A stretch of DNA of 64,000 nt from Nitrospirota bacterium. Its GTDB lineage: Bacteria; Nitrospirota; UBA9217. Positions 34,400 to 45,268 of the stretch are shown piece by piece (the stretch's first letter is position 1; every line of letters begins with the position of its first letter). A model generated the notes under the pieces. That model saw only the letters and a list, made by a program, of their open reading frames with translations, was not told the origin of the DNA and made no database searches. The stretch covers positions 1,536,001 to 1,600,000 of the forward strand of contig CAVUCU010000001.1 of NCBI GenBank assembly GCA_963740085.1, given 5' to 3'. A program made the position numbers and the translations under genes.

Positions 34400-35116
34400 T
34401 CAAGCTTTTTTCCATTTCAGCACCAGAAGCATCACCAATCCAATGATAAACAACATTCCGCCGACCAGCGCCCAGATCGCGCCAGGATCCCTGGCGATCA
34501 CCAGATAGGCTGCCGGACCCTGCTCGAGGTTCAGGCTCTTGATATAAATTCCCACACCGTTATGGAAAAGCGGCTTGTTCGGACCGAGCGTGCCGGCCAT
34601 TACGCGCACGTTGTTCTCGAACAAATAGGCCTCCGCCGCCCAATCCGTCATGTACCCTCGAGTGTTCGTTTCCACCCGGATATCCTTAAGATAGAGTGCC
34701 TTGTCCCCCGGCAACTGCGCATACATGCCCTCTGGCAACATCCCGGAAAGTTTGTATCCCCAGCCCGCGCCAAGCACATGCGCAAGCAAAATGAAGAGGA
34801 ATCCGAGGTGTACTATCTGCGGCGAGATGCGCAATAAAAAATCCGAGCGCGACCATCTTCCCCTGACCGCCTGAACGCTGCACACCAGCGTGTTCATCGT
34901 GAGCAGCATCAAAGCCGCAAGGGCCCCGAAGAACCACCAGGTATACCACAGGTTGCCCGCCGCCACGCCTGCCGCCCAGTGCAGGAGGATGTCGTCGTTC
35001 ATCGGCGCAAAGACCTCGCGGTGGGCCGGCATCATGTAGGCGCCGATGAAGAAGAGGCAGATCAGCACCAGAAGCGACCAGACGGTTGTCTTGAGCGAGC
35101 CAAAGAAAGGCATCAT
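34400..35116 (-). CDS. ResB/Ccs1-like cytochrome c biogenesis membrane protein (short)
   Basis: S.K.T..LL, N-terminal TMs, W.F, N...CS, I.H.G motif, C-terminal DPG + TM; next to ccsA. Confidence 0.65.
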   Translation of the reverse strand: MMPFFGSLKTTVWSLLVLICLFFIGAYMMPAHREVFAPMNDDILLHWAAGVAAGNLWYTWWFFGALAALMLLTMNTLVCSVQAVRGRWSRSDFLLRISPQIVHLGFLFILLAHVLGAGWGYKLSGMLPEGMYAQLPGDKALYLKDIRVETNTRGYMTDWAAEAYLFENNVRVMAGTLGPNKPLFHNGVGIYIKSLNLEQGPAAYLVIARDPGAIWALVGGMLFIIGLVMLLVLKWKKA

Positions 35117-35248
35117 TTTTTGCCAACCTTTATCGGTTTTGATGATGAACGCGGAAAAAAGTCGGGTTTCTTACGCCGACAAACACCGAGAAATCAAAAT
35201 CACGATTTATCTTTTCCGTTTTTCCAAGGAACAATGGCCGTTCCTTTC

Positions 35249-35950
35249 TCAAAAATCATGCGAGCTTTTCATGAGGAGACCCACACCCACATAGGTAAAC
35301 AGCACGATCGCAAAGCCAAGGATCCCCAGCCACACCACTTTCGGCCCGGTCCACCCGCGGACGAGCCGCGCGTGCAAGTAGAGGCTGTAAAAAAACCACA
35401 CGATCGTGGTCCAGAGCTCCTTGGGAGTCCAGAGCCAGTAAGAGCCCCAGGCAAGAGAAGCCCAGATACCGCCGAAGATCATGGCAATGGAGAACAACAC
35501 ATACCCCAGGAGCAGGCTGCGATACTGGTTGATCTCGGCCGACCGTTCATTGCGATACAAAGCGAGAATGCCAAAGATCGCACCGATCGCGAACAGCGCG
35601 TAGGAGAGAAAGGACAGGAGCACGTGGAGTTCAAACCAGATCGTTCTGAGCACCGGCGGCAGCGGCCCTCCCATGGACGGTGAAATGATCGAACCGGCCA
35701 GGAAGACCAGGATCAACGGGATCGTGAGAAAAGAAAACAGATCGGGCCTCCTGTTCCATCCCGCGACACTATACACCGCGCCGATGGAAAAGGCGAGGAA
35801 GCCAAGCGTGTCATGCAGACCGATCAGGGGGACCCTGCCGAAGCTCACGGCTGCGGAGACGATGACGCCGGCGTGCAGTGCGAGCGCCAACAGGATCAGC
35901 CGCGGACGGTACAGGGACAGGGGATATAGTATGAGGAGAAGGCTTTCCAT
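35249..35950 (-). CDS. ccsA: cytochrome c biogenesis protein CcsA/ResC
   Basis: L.PVL.T.W..LHV, WWD domain WA..AWGSYW.W.PKE.W, YLH.R. Confidence 0.85.
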   Translation of the reverse strand: MESLLLILYPLSLYRPRLILLALALHAGVIVSAAVSFGRVPLIGLHDTLGFLAFSIGAVYSVAGWNRRPDLFSFLTIPLILVFLAGSIISPSMGGPLPPVLRTIWFELHVLLSFLSYALFAIGAIFGILALYRNERSAEINQYRSLLLGYVLFSIAMIFGGIWASLAWGSYWLWTPKELWTTIVWFFYSLYLHARLVRGWTGPKVVWLGILGFAIVLFTYVGVGLLMKSSHDF

Positions 35951-36069
35951 AAGAGGTGTACACGTGACCGCAGTATATCACGAGGGAGCGAAAACATGAA
36001 GTCCCGTTAATTACTGCCGACCAATTTCGGCCTTTCCTGGTCCCCGGAAGAAGGGTTGCAGCAAGACGC

Positions 36070-36101
36070 AAAAGGCATTCCGGAAGTCCGGAATGCCTTT
36101 T
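36070..36101 (-). terminator. terminator after hup
   Basis: AAAAGGCATTCCGGA-ag-TCCGGAATGCCTTTT perfect inverted repeat. Confidence 0.75.
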
Positions 36102-36129
36102 GGAATGACCAGGTGCCTGGGCACAAAAA

Positions 36130-36417
36130 CTATTTTTTGCCGAGGATCGCTTCTTTGGCGGCCTTCGCCACGCGGAACTTCACGACCTTCTTTGCAGGGA
36201 TCTTGATGGCCTCGCCGGTCTGCGGGTTCCGGCCCATGCGCGCCTTGCGCTGTACGAGCACGAGCTTGCCGAGACCCGGAAGCGTGAAGGCATTCTTCGC
36301 TTCCTTGTACGCAAGCGCTGCCATATCCTCCAATATCTGCACAGCCAGTTTTTTCTTGATGTCTGCTTTCTTCGCGATGTGGTCCGCAATCTGTGACTTA
36401 GTCATTGCCTTTGCCAT
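36130..36417 (-). CDS. hup: DNA-binding protein HU
   Basis: MTKSQ, PGLGKL, RKARMGRNPQTGE.IKIPAK.VVKFR. Confidence 0.95.
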   Translation of the reverse strand: MAKAMTKSQIADHIAKKADIKKKLAVQILEDMAALAYKEAKNAFTLPGLGKLVLVQRKARMGRNPQTGEAIKIPAKKVVKFRVAKAAKEAILGKK

Positions 36418-36743
36418 GAACAAACCTCCTTAAGATTGAGCAATATAAAATTTCTAACTGCGCGCGGCAGATTAGTTGCGCTCTATGCGCTTACGGTGAA
36501 AAGTATACTCACTCTAAAACAAAATAGCAAGAAAAATTTATCTCGTGTGTGCGGGTCTTTACCGTATGTGTCTTTCCCGTGCTCCGGGAAATACCATACG
36601 AAACGTCGCGTCTGCGAAGAACGTCACGGCGCCCGATAAACCCGGTCCGGTCTTGTTTTCGGAGTTGACTTGCGTGTCGGGTTTATGATAATTTACCGGC
36701 ATGCATTAATCAAATCACCGCGCACAAAGAGGAGGCACAACCC

Positions 36744-36869
36744 ATGGCCACAAAAACAAATTTCATCTTGAAGGTGTCCGATGCAAAGCTCGCGGACGTC
36801 CAGAAGGCGCTCAAGGACGCGAATATAAACGTTGTGAGCATCCTGGAAGTTCACAAGGAAGAGGCGTAG
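36744..36869 (+). CDS. small protein (41 aa), not in the supplied ORF track
   Basis: GAGGAGG RBS upstream; MATKTNFILKVSDAKLADVQKALKDANINVVSILEVHKEEA*. Confidence 0.6.
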   Translation: MATKTNFILKVSDAKLADVQKALKDANINVVSILEVHKEEA

Positions 36870-37016
36870 CCTGGTGAGGTTTATTGCTGCGCGGAGATTC
36901 CCGGCCCGTGTTGTTCGCGCGGAACGCGCGCCATCGACCGCTTCCGTCCGTTTAGTACGGGAGCGCTTCAGACCCCCGGTCCCGAAAGCTGCTATACTTG
37001 AACGATAAGCGCCGCT

Positions 37017-37268
37017 ATGAAAATCACGCTCACTGATCTGGAACATATCGCAAAGGACCTTTCGATCAGGGTCTCCTATGAGGACCTCAAGTCGTCGAAG
37101 GGCGGCTCATGCAGGGTCATGGAGGATAGCAGGATCATTATCAACAAGCACCTTCAGAACAGCGACAAGATCAACCTGCTCGCGAAAGAGCTTGGGAAGT
37201 TCGATCTTGGCGGGCTGGACATTCCCGACAACGTCAGAAAAAAGATCGCGCGCGAGACAGAGGGGTGA
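37017..37268 (+). CDS. hypothetical protein, ImmA/IrrE-like fold lacking HExxH
   Basis: L...A..L.I.V.YE....KGG.C......IIIN..L...K...LAKEL. Confidence 0.55.
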   Translation: MKITLTDLEHIAKDLSIRVSYEDLKSSKGGSCRVMEDSRIIINKHLQNSDKINLLAKELGKFDLGGLDIPDNVRKKIARETEG

Positions 37269-37341
37269 TTGCTGCACTGATCTCACCCCCATGGCATGGC
37301 CCGCAGACAGGGCTCATTGAACAAAAAAGAGGTGGCTGTCT

Positions 37342-37851
37342 ATGAAAAGGATCACTGTTCTGTTCGGCATCATGCTTTTCTTCCAGGGCTGTACGTATGC
37401 CATCTCGCCCGGCATGGCCGACAAGGCCGACCGGTCCATTCGTTTCGAAAAACTGCAGGCTGACCCCGATTCTTTCAAGGGCAAGATCATCATCGTCGGC
37501 GGCACGATCGCTCAGGCCACCGAGGTGAACGGGGGAACCCTTCTCGAGGTTATCCAGAGGCCGCTCGACTACTGGGGCAAACCTGAGCGCACAAAACGAA
37601 CAGGCGGCCGGTTTCTCGTGTTCCATCCGGGGCCGCTCAACACGATGGCCTATGCACCCGGCGTCGATATCACCGTTGCCGGCGAAGTGCTTGGGACCCG
37701 CAGCCCGGTGGTCGGGGGCAAGCAGTATGACTATCCCGTCGTCCTCGTGAAAGAGCACAAGCTCTGGGAGCGTGAACCGGGGTCGCAGAACAAGGCCCGG
37801 TGGATGGATCCGCTCAATAATGGCCCGGCACGCACGGGCCGGCCGGAATAG
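37342..37851 (+). CDS. Slp family outer-membrane lipoprotein
   Basis: Lipobox FQGC, GG.I, LEV.Q.PLD..G.P, GRFL, ITVAGEV.G, YDYP, LW. Confidence 0.85.
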   Translation: MKRITVLFGIMLFFQGCTYAISPGMADKADRSIRFEKLQADPDSFKGKIIIVGGTIAQATEVNGGTLLEVIQRPLDYWGKPERTKRTGGRFLVFHPGPLNTMAYAPGVDITVAGEVLGTRSPVVGGKQYDYPVVLVKEHKLWEREPGSQNKARWMDPLNNGPARTGRPE

Positions 37852-37880
37852 TAACCCAGCCCGTTTTACCGGAGGCCGTC

Positions 37881-38384
37881 GTGATCCGATCACGCTATTT
37901 TCCCGTCATCTTAGTTCCGTGTCTATTCGCCCTCTTCATGACCGCAGGTTGCGCACCGCCATTCCCCAAAGAAACACTTGACAAGGTGAACAGGAACGCC
38001 TCGTTCCAGGAACTGAAGAAGGACCCGGAAAAATTCAAGGGAACCTGGGTCATGCTCGGGGGCATGATCATTGCGTCTAAGAACACGAAAGAAGGCACGC
38101 TCATCGAAATACTCCAAAAACCGCTGGGCACGGACGGGAGGCCGCTCCAGACAGATTCGACGGAAGGGCGATTTCTCGTTCAGTCCGATACTTTTCTGGA
38201 TTCAGCCGTATATCATGAGGGAAGACTGATCACGGTCATAGCCGAGGTTGTCGGCCGCAAAGAACTGCCCCTCGACGACATCATGTATCCGTATCCTCTT
38301 CTTCTCGTGAAGGACCTGCACCTTTGGGATCCGTCGCAGGGACCGCGCTTCTTTTTTGGGATCGGCGTGTCGCACCGGCTGTAG
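37881..38384 (+). CDS. Slp family outer-membrane lipoprotein
   Basis: Lipobox TAGC, LGG.I, EILQ.PL...GRP, GRFL, FLD.A.Y..GR.ITV, YPYP. Confidence 0.85.
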   Translation: MIRSRYFPVILVPCLFALFMTAGCAPPFPKETLDKVNRNASFQELKKDPEKFKGTWVMLGGMIIASKNTKEGTLIEILQKPLGTDGRPLQTDSTEGRFLVQSDTFLDSAVYHEGRLITVIAEVVGRKELPLDDIMYPYPLLLVKDLHLWDPSQGPRFFFGIGVSHRL

Positions 38385-38564
38385 CTGCTGAGTATGATGA
38401 AACGCTGAAAAAGAAGCCCTGCATTCTCAACATCATCAAGATCCATACGTTCAATGGCCCTGGGATTTAGCCTGCCGTCTCTTGAGGTTTGGTCAGTATT
38501 TCGAGCTTTGGATTTAGGATGAATTTTCGCTGCAGTGTGGCAATTCTGAGAACGAAGGAGGTTC

Positions 38565-40388
38565 ATGAAAAAAGCCCCCCGGTTCCTTTTTTATCTTCTG
38601 ATACTCCTTGTTTTCATCAGTATCTTCAGACTCCTTTCCGAGCAGCCGGCGGAAGAGGTCTCCTACAGCGCCTTCAAAACCCTCATGGCAGAAAAGCGGG
38701 TCAAGGACCTTGTTATTTCCCGGGACCATATCACGGGCACACAGGTCAATGCAAAGGTGGGAGAAAAGGAAAAGAGCTTCTCGGTCGTACGCATTGAAGA
38801 CCCGGACCTCGTGAAAAACCTCGATGCAAGCGGGATCTCCTACCGCGGCGTGGTCTCGGACAACTGGCTCAGGGATTTTCTGCTCACGTGGATACTTCCC
38901 CTTGTCGTACTCATGGTCATCTGGAGCTTCGTGTTCAAGAGGATGGGCGCGGGGAACCCGGGCGAGACGTTCATGAGCTTCGGCAAGTCGCGCGCCAAGA
39001 TCTACGGCGAGAGCGACGTGAAAGTGACCTTTGACGATGTGGCCGGCGTGGAAGAGGCGAAAGAAGAGCTCATGGAGGTAGTGGAGTTTCTCAAGCACCC
39101 TGACAAGTTCACCAAGCTCGGCGGCCGTATCCCCAAGGGCGTGCTGCTGGTCGGGCCCCCGGGCACGGGCAAGACGCTGTTGGCAAAGGCGGTCGCCGGA
39201 GAATCCAGGGTACCGTTCTTTTCCATGAGCGGCTCCGAGTTCGTGGAGATGTTCGTGGGTGTGGGCGCATCGCGCGTGCGTGACCTTTTCCAGCAGGCTG
39301 TTTTGAAGGCGCCCTGCATCATCTTTATCGACGAGCTCGATGCGCTCGGCCGCGCGCGGGGCATGGGCATGGCGGGCGCCCATGAAGAGCGGGAACAGAC
39401 CCTGAACCAGCTGTTGGCCGAGATGGACGGGTTCGATGCCCGCAAAGGGGTCATCATCATGGCGGCGACCAACCGGCCGGAGATCCTCGATCAGGCCCTG
39501 CTCCGCCCCGGCCGCTTCGACCGCCATGTGCTCGTGGACCGGCCGAACATCAAGGACCGCGAGGACATTTTGAGGATACACATCCGGGGTGTCAAGCTCT
39601 CGAAGGACGTGGACATCGCCGTGATCGCGGCGCGCACACCGGGTTTCGTGGGCGCCGACCTCGCGAACATCGTGAACGAGGCAGCGCTGCTTGCCGCGCG
39701 CAGGAACAAGACCGAGGTGGAGATGACGGACTTCGAGTCTGCGATCGACCGCATCGTGGCCGGACTCGAGAAAAAACGGCGCGTCATGAACAAGAAGGAG
39801 AAGGAGATCGTGGCCTATCATGAGTGCGGCCACACCATCGTCGCCGAGCTGTTGCCCACCACTGACCCGGTTCACCGGGTGTCCATCGTCCAGCGCGGCA
39901 TCGCGGCGCTGGGGTACACCCTGCAGCTGCCGACAGAAGACCGGTACCTGATGACGAAGACGGAATTGCTTGACAAACTGTGCGTGATGCTCGGTGGACG
40001 GATGGCCGAGGAGACGATTTTTCACGAGGTCTCGACGGGCGCGCAGAACGACCTCCAGCGTGCGGCCGATATCGCACGCAGCATGGTAACCGAGTACGGC
40101 ATGACAGAAAAGTTCGGTCCCCTCACCTTCGAAAAGGAACGGCGTCCCCTCTTCCTTGACATGGGTCTGCCCTCAGGGGCAAAGGAGTACAGTGAAGATA
40201 CGGCGCGCGAGATCGACCAGGAAGTGAAACGACTCGTGGATGATGCATATAACAAGGTCCGCGGTCTCCTTTCAGGAAATCAGGACCGGCTGAGGACCCT
40301 GGCGGCGACGCTGCTGGAAAAAGAGACGATCGAGGGGGATGAGATCAGAAAGATCCTGGGTTTGCCGGAAAAGAAGGAACAGGGGTAA
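38565..40388 (+). CDS. ftsH: ATP-dependent zinc metalloprotease FtsH
   Basis: Two TMs, [35 protein letters not shown]. Confidence 0.97.
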   Translation: MKKAPRFLFYLLILLVFISIFRLLSEQPAEEVSYSAFKTLMAEKRVKDLVISRDHITGTQVNAKVGEKEKSFSVVRIEDPDLVKNLDASGISYRGVVSDNWLRDFLLTWILPLVVLMVIWSFVFKRMGAGNPGETFMSFGKSRAKIYGESDVKVTFDDVAGVEEAKEELMEVVEFLKHPDKFTKLGGRIPKGVLLVGPPGTGKTLLAKAVAGESRVPFFSMSGSEFVEMFVGVGASRVRDLFQQAVLKAPCIIFIDELDALGRARGMGMAGAHEEREQTLNQLLAEMDGFDARKGVIIMAATNRPEILDQALLRPGRFDRHVLVDRPNIKDREDILRIHIRGVKLSKDVDIAVIAARTPGFVGADLANIVNEAALLAARRNKTEVEMTDFESAIDRIVAGLEKKRRVMNKKEKEIVAYHECGHTIVAELLPTTDPVHRVSIVQRGIAALGYTLQLPTEDRYLMTKTELLDKLCVMLGGRMAEETIFHEVSTGAQNDLQRAADIARSMVTEYGMTEKFGPLTFEKERRPLFLDMGLPSGAKEYSEDTAREIDQEVKRLVDDAYNKVRGLLSGNQDRLRTLAATLLEKETIEGDEIRKILGLPEKKEQG

Positions 40389-40613
40389 ACACCGGGAGGG
40401 CATGCCCGGAACGCGAAACAGGACTTTACTTGAGCCCCTAAAATAATTCTTCAATTCCATCACCAGGAAACCCGTCTTCTGCAACGGCTCGTTCCGCCTT
40501 TTCAGAGACATTCGTTGCCGGCCGTTCTCGATAAAAACAGTATATGCTTGACAAGGAACGCCCGGTTACGTAATACTGACGAACATGAACACGAGTCCGG
40601 AGAAAGAAAAGCG

Positions 40614-42275
40614 ATGAGCCCCGATCGGCTTAAAACGGTGTATGTTGTCGGCCACACAACGCCGGACACGGATTCCGTGTGCTCGGCCATTGCCTACGCG
40701 TATTTCAAGAACATCGCGGACAGGCGTTTCCTGTTCACGCCCGTGCGGGCAGGGAAGCTGAACCACGAGACGACCTTTGTGCTGAACAGGTTCGGAGTAC
40801 CTGCCTCGGCAGAGATAGACAGCCTCGTTGCCACGGTGAGCGACCTTGAGCTTAAACGCCCCATCTCCATCGGCGTGCGCGACTCGATCCAGGCGCTGGC
40901 CCTCCTCATGCGTGAGAAGGGAGTCCGTTCCGTGCCGGTCGTGGATGATGCGGGCAGGCTTGCCGGTGTTGTCGGCCTCAAGGACATCGCCCGCCACTAT
41001 ATGGACAGCGTCGGGTTCGCGGACCTTTCCAAGGCGCCCATTGAACTCGACATTTTGCTGAAAACGCTGGAAGGCCGCGTCATCAGCAACAGCCGGAAAC
41101 TGACCGTGCTCACCGGAAGAGTGTTCATCGCCGCCATGCAGCGGGGCACGATGCTGAACCGTCTGCGGTCCGGCGACGTGGTGATCGCCGGGGATCAGAA
41201 CGACATCCAGTTGGAACTCATCAGGATGGGCTGCACGGCCGTTATTGTGACCGACAATGCGCCCATCGCGAACGAGGTCACTGCCGCGGCCCGAGAGCAG
41301 GGCGTTCTGCTCATCTCATCGCCCCAGCCGGCCTTTGCCACGGTCCAGCTCATGACCATGTCAGAGCCCGTGTCCTCGATCATGACCTCAACGTGCCCCA
41401 CGGTCGGCCTCTACACGTCCATGGGTGAAGTGCGCTCGAAGATCGTTGAGTCGGACTATCGCTCGGTGATCGTGGTGGACAGCGACAACCGGCTCATCGG
41501 GTTCATTACGCGAACGGATCTTCTGACGCCCGTGCGTAAAATGGCGATCCTCGTTGATCACAATGAGCTTTCCCAGGCCGTTGACGGGATTGAGGAGGCG
41601 GAGATCCTTGAGATCATCGATCACCACCGTGTGGGCGATATATCCACCACCGCGCCGATCTATGTGTATAATGATCCGGTCGGCAGCACCTGCACCGTTG
41701 TGGCGGGGATCATGTTCCTGCACCAGACGCACATTCCGAAAGAGATCGCCGGCATTCTCCTCGCCGGCATTCTTTCCGATACGCTGCTCCTGACCCTTTC
41801 AACGACGACGGAACGCGACCGCATGGAAGCGAAGCGCCTGGCCGGGATCGCCGGCATCGACATCCCGGCCTTTGCCAAGGAGCTCCTCCATGAAAGCATC
41901 CATCTCGAGGACCGGAGCGCGGGTGAGCTGATAGCGGCGGACTTCAAGGAATTTCTGATCAACGGAAAAAAGCTGGGGGTGAGCCAGATGATGTCGCTGG
42001 ACTGTGCGGAGATCGATGCGCGCGAGCGTGAGCTGGTGGATGAACTCGAGCGCCTGCGCAGGGTGAACAACTATGATCTTACCGTGCTTTTGGTGCTGAA
42101 CCCGCTCGGCAAAGGACAGGAGCGGATCCTGCTGCGGGGCGAAACGTGGATCGTAGAGAAGGCGTTCAACGTGAAAGTCGTGAATGACACCTGCATTGTA
42201 CCCTGGATCATGTCACGGAAAAAGGACTTTATCCCCGCGATCGGCCAGGTACTGAGCACGGGGCGGGAACGGTAG
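40614..42275 (+). CDS. ppaC: family II Mn-dependent inorganic pyrophosphatase with CBS-DRTGG insert
   Basis: GH..PDTDS, CBS pair flanking a DRTGG-like region, VDHNE, IIDHH, ILSDT, SRKK. Confidence 0.88.
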   Translation: MSPDRLKTVYVVGHTTPDTDSVCSAIAYAYFKNIADRRFLFTPVRAGKLNHETTFVLNRFGVPASAEIDSLVATVSDLELKRPISIGVRDSIQALALLMREKGVRSVPVVDDAGRLAGVVGLKDIARHYMDSVGFADLSKAPIELDILLKTLEGRVISNSRKLTVLTGRVFIAAMQRGTMLNRLRSGDVVIAGDQNDIQLELIRMGCTAVIVTDNAPIANEVTAAAREQGVLLISSPQPAFATVQLMTMSEPVSSIMTSTCPTVGLYTSMGEVRSKIVESDYRSVIVVDSDNRLIGFITRTDLLTPVRKMAILVDHNELSQAVDGIEEAEILEIIDHHRVGDISTTAPIYVYNDPVGSTCTVVAGIMFLHQTHIPKEIAGILLAGILSDTLLLTLSTTTERDRMEAKRLAGIAGIDIPAFAKELLHESIHLEDRSAGELIAADFKEFLINGKKLGVSQMMSLDCAEIDARERELVDELERLRRVNNYDLTVLLVLNPLGKGQERILLRGETWIVEKAFNVKVVNDTCIVPWIMSRKKDFIPAIGQVLSTGRER

Positions 42276-42350
42276 GACCGGAGAGGGAATGCCCGCTCCC
42301 GGGCGTTTGACGTATCTCCGTGCATCCGTGGTCAACCGAGGTTCTTCGGT

Positions 42351-42614
42351 TCATTTCAGATTACGATGGTCTTTCGCGAAGCTCCTATAAAACCACTGGT
42401 CGGATTCAGTGTCACAATACAGCGTGTGAAGGAGACCGTCGCTTCCCTTCAGGAGGAAGAACCGCTTTCGTTTTCGTTCGGGCCCCTCTTCTTCGACCCA
42501 TTGCTCAAGGACCTCCAGTACCGTGATCTTCTCACCGTGCGCAAAAAAGATGCGCGGACTTTCTTCGCCGCGGGACCCCGCATAAGAACCCACATCTATT
42601 TTGACATCCGCCAT
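42351..42614 (-). CDS. hypothetical protein (DUF6504-like)
   Basis: YAG.RGEE.PR.F...G....V.EV...W, R.F...GSDG, W; family call tentative. Confidence 0.55.
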   Translation of the reverse strand: MADVKIDVGSYAGSRGEESPRIFFAHGEKITVLEVLEQWVEEEGPERKRKRFFLLKGSDGLLHTLYCDTESDQWFYRSFAKDHRNLK

Positions 42615-42676
42615 GGTGGCCTTCCCCTGTAATAAGTATTTCGCGTCTGCCCCCGGGCGTTTCACGCGTGCATGGT

Positions 42677-43672
42677 TCAGGAGACCAGTTTCTCGAGCGT
42701 TGCTATCGATGCCGGCTGGCCAAGGACGATCAGCGTGTCCTGTGCTGCGATCACACTGACGGACTCCGGGTTAAAGACCATCTCGCCGCTCGCCTTTTTG
42801 ATCCCCACAATGATCACCCCGGTGTCTTTGCGCAGGCCGGCGTCCTTCAGGTTCTGGCCGACGAAGGGCGATTTTCCGGGGATGAAGATCTCCTCCATCT
42901 GCAAGTCGAGATGCTCCCGGCCCGTAGCGATCTCGATAAAGTCCACCACGTTCGGCCGCAAAATGGCCTGGGCCATGCGGTGCCCGCCGATGTGATAGGG
43001 CGAAACCACCTTGTTGGCCCCCGCGCGCCGGAGCTTGATCTCGGAGCCGGGCTCGCCCGACCGGGCAAGGATGAAGAGGCCCGGGTTCAGTCCCCGCGCG
43101 GTGAGGGTGATGTACACGTTCTCCGTATCCGACGTGACCACGGACACGAGCCCCTTCGCGCGCTTGATGCCCGCCTTGAGCAGCGTTTCGTCCTCCGTGG
43201 CGCTCCCGCGCAGGAAGAGGAACCCGTCTGCCTCAAGCTTCTCCAGCACCTCCGGATTGTTCTCCACCACCAGGAAGGGGATCGGCTTGGCCGCAAATTC
43301 CCTGCAGATGAGCATGCCGATCCTGCCGTACCCGCAGATAATGTAATGGTCCCGCAAGGCATTTATTGAGGTTTCCACTTTTTTCCTCCCGAGAAATCGC
43401 TGGATCTGGCCCTCGAACATGATCTGGGCAAGCTTGCCCACCGTGTAGCCGAGAACAGACACCCCGAAAACGATCAGCAGGATCGTAAATATCTGCCCGG
43501 CGTCGCTCAGGTGATGTACTTCCTGGAACCCGACCGTGGCAAGGGTAATCACGGTCATATACAACGCATCGAGAAAGCGCCATCCTTCAATGGTCATATA
43601 GCCAACCGTGCCGAGCGAAACAAGCACCAGAAGGATGAACAATGATGTTTTGAGGTTTCTAACGGGGTTCAT
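42677..43672 (-). CDS. potassium channel protein with RCK (TrkA-N/TrkA-C) domains
   Basis: Two TMs with pore TLATVGF, HYIICGYGRIG, C-terminal TrkA-C. Confidence 0.9.
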   Translation of the reverse strand: MNPVRNLKTSLFILLVLVSLGTVGYMTIEGWRFLDALYMTVITLATVGFQEVHHLSDAGQIFTILLIVFGVSVLGYTVGKLAQIMFEGQIQRFLGRKKVETSINALRDHYIICGYGRIGMLICREFAAKPIPFLVVENNPEVLEKLEADGFLFLRGSATEDETLLKAGIKRAKGLVSVVTSDTENVYITLTARGLNPGLFILARSGEPGSEIKLRRAGANKVVSPYHIGGHRMAQAILRPNVVDFIEIATGREHLDLQMEEIFIPGKSPFVGQNLKDAGLRKDTGVIIVGIKKASGEMVFNPESVSVIAAQDTLIVLGQPASIATLEKLVS

Positions 43673-43703
43673 GGTCTGTCCCGGCATGCGCGTTTCACCG
43701 CAT

Positions 43704-45197
43704 CTACTCGCCGGCTTTTTTTATTGCTTCCTTGATCTTCTCCGCGGTCGGATTCCGCTTCAAGGCATTCTGATAGAGGGACATCGCCTTTGCCTTCAGG
43801 CCCAGCTTTCCGTAGAAATTCGCGAACTCGAGATAAAAGTCCATTTTTGTCGGATCCATCTTGATCGCCTTTGCGAAATATTCTTCCGCGTCACGGCCTC
43901 TGCGCGGTATATGCATGAGGGCCATCGCCTGACGGAACACATACTCAGCATTGGAAGGATCAAAGCGGATGGCCCACTGGAAGGACTCTTCCGCATCCCA
44001 GAAGTTGCGTTCGGTATAATACTTCATTCCCTCGTTGAAGTGGGCAGCGGCGGCCGCCGAGTTGACCTCTTTGTCCGTCCCGGTCCTCTTCTTCGCGGGC
44101 TGCCGTTGCAAGCCGGCGGCAAGCTCCTGATCGTACTTTTTGCGCCTGTCCGGACTGGCAAGCGTCTCGTGTGCCTCATGGATGGCGTTGAAGAGCGCCT
44201 CGAGCTCCGATTTCATCTCGTTCAGCGGCGGACCGAAATGCCGGTCCGGATGGTAACGCTTTGCCAGGGTAAAGTACGCTTTTTTGATCTCCCGCGCTGT
44301 AGCGTTGCGATCGACGCCGAGCACCTCAAAGTGGTTCTGCTGCGCGAGTTTCTTGTGGGCCTCGAGAAGCTTGGCCACGGTGAGCAGCTCCGCGGTCTCA
44401 TGTTCAGGTATTTTCGTTTCTTGCACCGTGGCTGTATCGCACGCCGCGTCGCAGACCTTCTTTGCCTCATCGGCTTGTTTAAGAGCTCCCGTCTCCGCGA
44501 GACGGAGCGCCAGCAGCCAGTAGATCGCCCTGAGCGTGTTAAAATCGCCAATGCCGGACAGAGAGCAGATCTCCCCGATGCTTTTGCTGCCGTCGATGAA
44601 CTTCAGAACGGTCCGGTGGTCCTGCTCGAGCTCCCCGCCCTGCAGGGGAAGGGACCGGTCAGCAACAGACCGGAGAATTGTGGTGAGCGGCGGGAGCGAC
44701 CTTCGTACGACCGACCATTCCGTTCCGCGGAGACCCTCCCTGATGAGGTCTTCGGTGCGTATCATGAGCGGGTCGATATCGACCCGGGACACGGGATCTT
44801 CGTCGATCACGTAGCTGCCGTTACGCCAATTGAAGAGACTGACTACGATCTGCCTGACCTGATACCGCACTCCTTCCTCAAGGATGTCGGGCGTGATATA
44901 GCCGAGCTCCACGAGGACCGCTCCCTGCTTGTTGCCTGTCCTTTTGACCTCCTCGGCGGCTGTGTCGCACTGCTGCCTGGTGATCGTTCCTGCGCGCTGC
45001 AGCCATTCACCCAGCCGGTCTTCGCTCAGGTTGGAAGAGGCGAAGAAAACATCCCCCCCGGCAAGGTAGACCTTTTTCACCACCGGATCATGCGCAAAGA
45101 TAATGGTGCCGGTCTTTTTTTCAGCAAGCAGGCCCTGGAACAGAAGGGGCACGGTCATGTTTGTTATTGTTCCGCTCGACGCTACGAGGTTGCTCAC
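43704..45197 (-). CDS. DUF4388/PATAN-like + DnaJ + TPR protein
   Basis: KTG.......VY...G...FASS....RLGE N-domain; J-domain with HPD; C-terminal TPRs. Confidence 0.75.
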   Translation of the reverse strand: MSNLVASSGTITNMTVPLLFQGLLAEKKTGTIIFAHDPVVKKVYLAGGDVFFASSNLSEDRLGEWLQRAGTITRQQCDTAAEEVKRTGNKQGAVLVELGYITPDILEEGVRYQVRQIVVSLFNWRNGSYVIDEDPVSRVDIDPLMIRTEDLIREGLRGTEWSVVRRSLPPLTTILRSVADRSLPLQGGELEQDHRTVLKFIDGSKSIGEICSLSGIGDFNTLRAIYWLLALRLAETGALKQADEAKKVCDAACDTATVQETKIPEHETAELLTVAKLLEAHKKLAQQNHFEVLGVDRNATAREIKKAYFTLAKRYHPDRHFGPPLNEMKSELEALFNAIHEAHETLASPDRRKKYDQELAAGLQRQPAKKRTGTDKEVNSAAAAAHFNEGMKYYTERNFWDAEESFQWAIRFDPSNAEYVFRQAMALMHIPRRGRDAEEYFAKAIKMDPTKMDFYLEFANFYGKLGLKAKAMSLYQNALKRNPTAEKIKEAIKKAGE

Positions 45198-45268
45198 CGG
45201 GTCTCCTTAAAACAGAAATAAGCATCACTGACACGGGGTTACACTGCCCACCCTGACCGGTATTGATC

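Noticed and set aside
38514-40025. 503-aa minus-strand ORF (likewise 43608-45221, 45878-47005, 53579-54691, 57852-59240, 59703-61154)
   Set aside because: All lie antisense to clearly identified genes and lack recognisable motifs.
40391-42296. Similar ~19-nt ACCGG(A)GAGGGxATGCCCG motif just after the ftsH and ppaC stops
   Set aside because: Only two short GC-rich copies; cannot be distinguished from chance or simple terminator-like hairpins.
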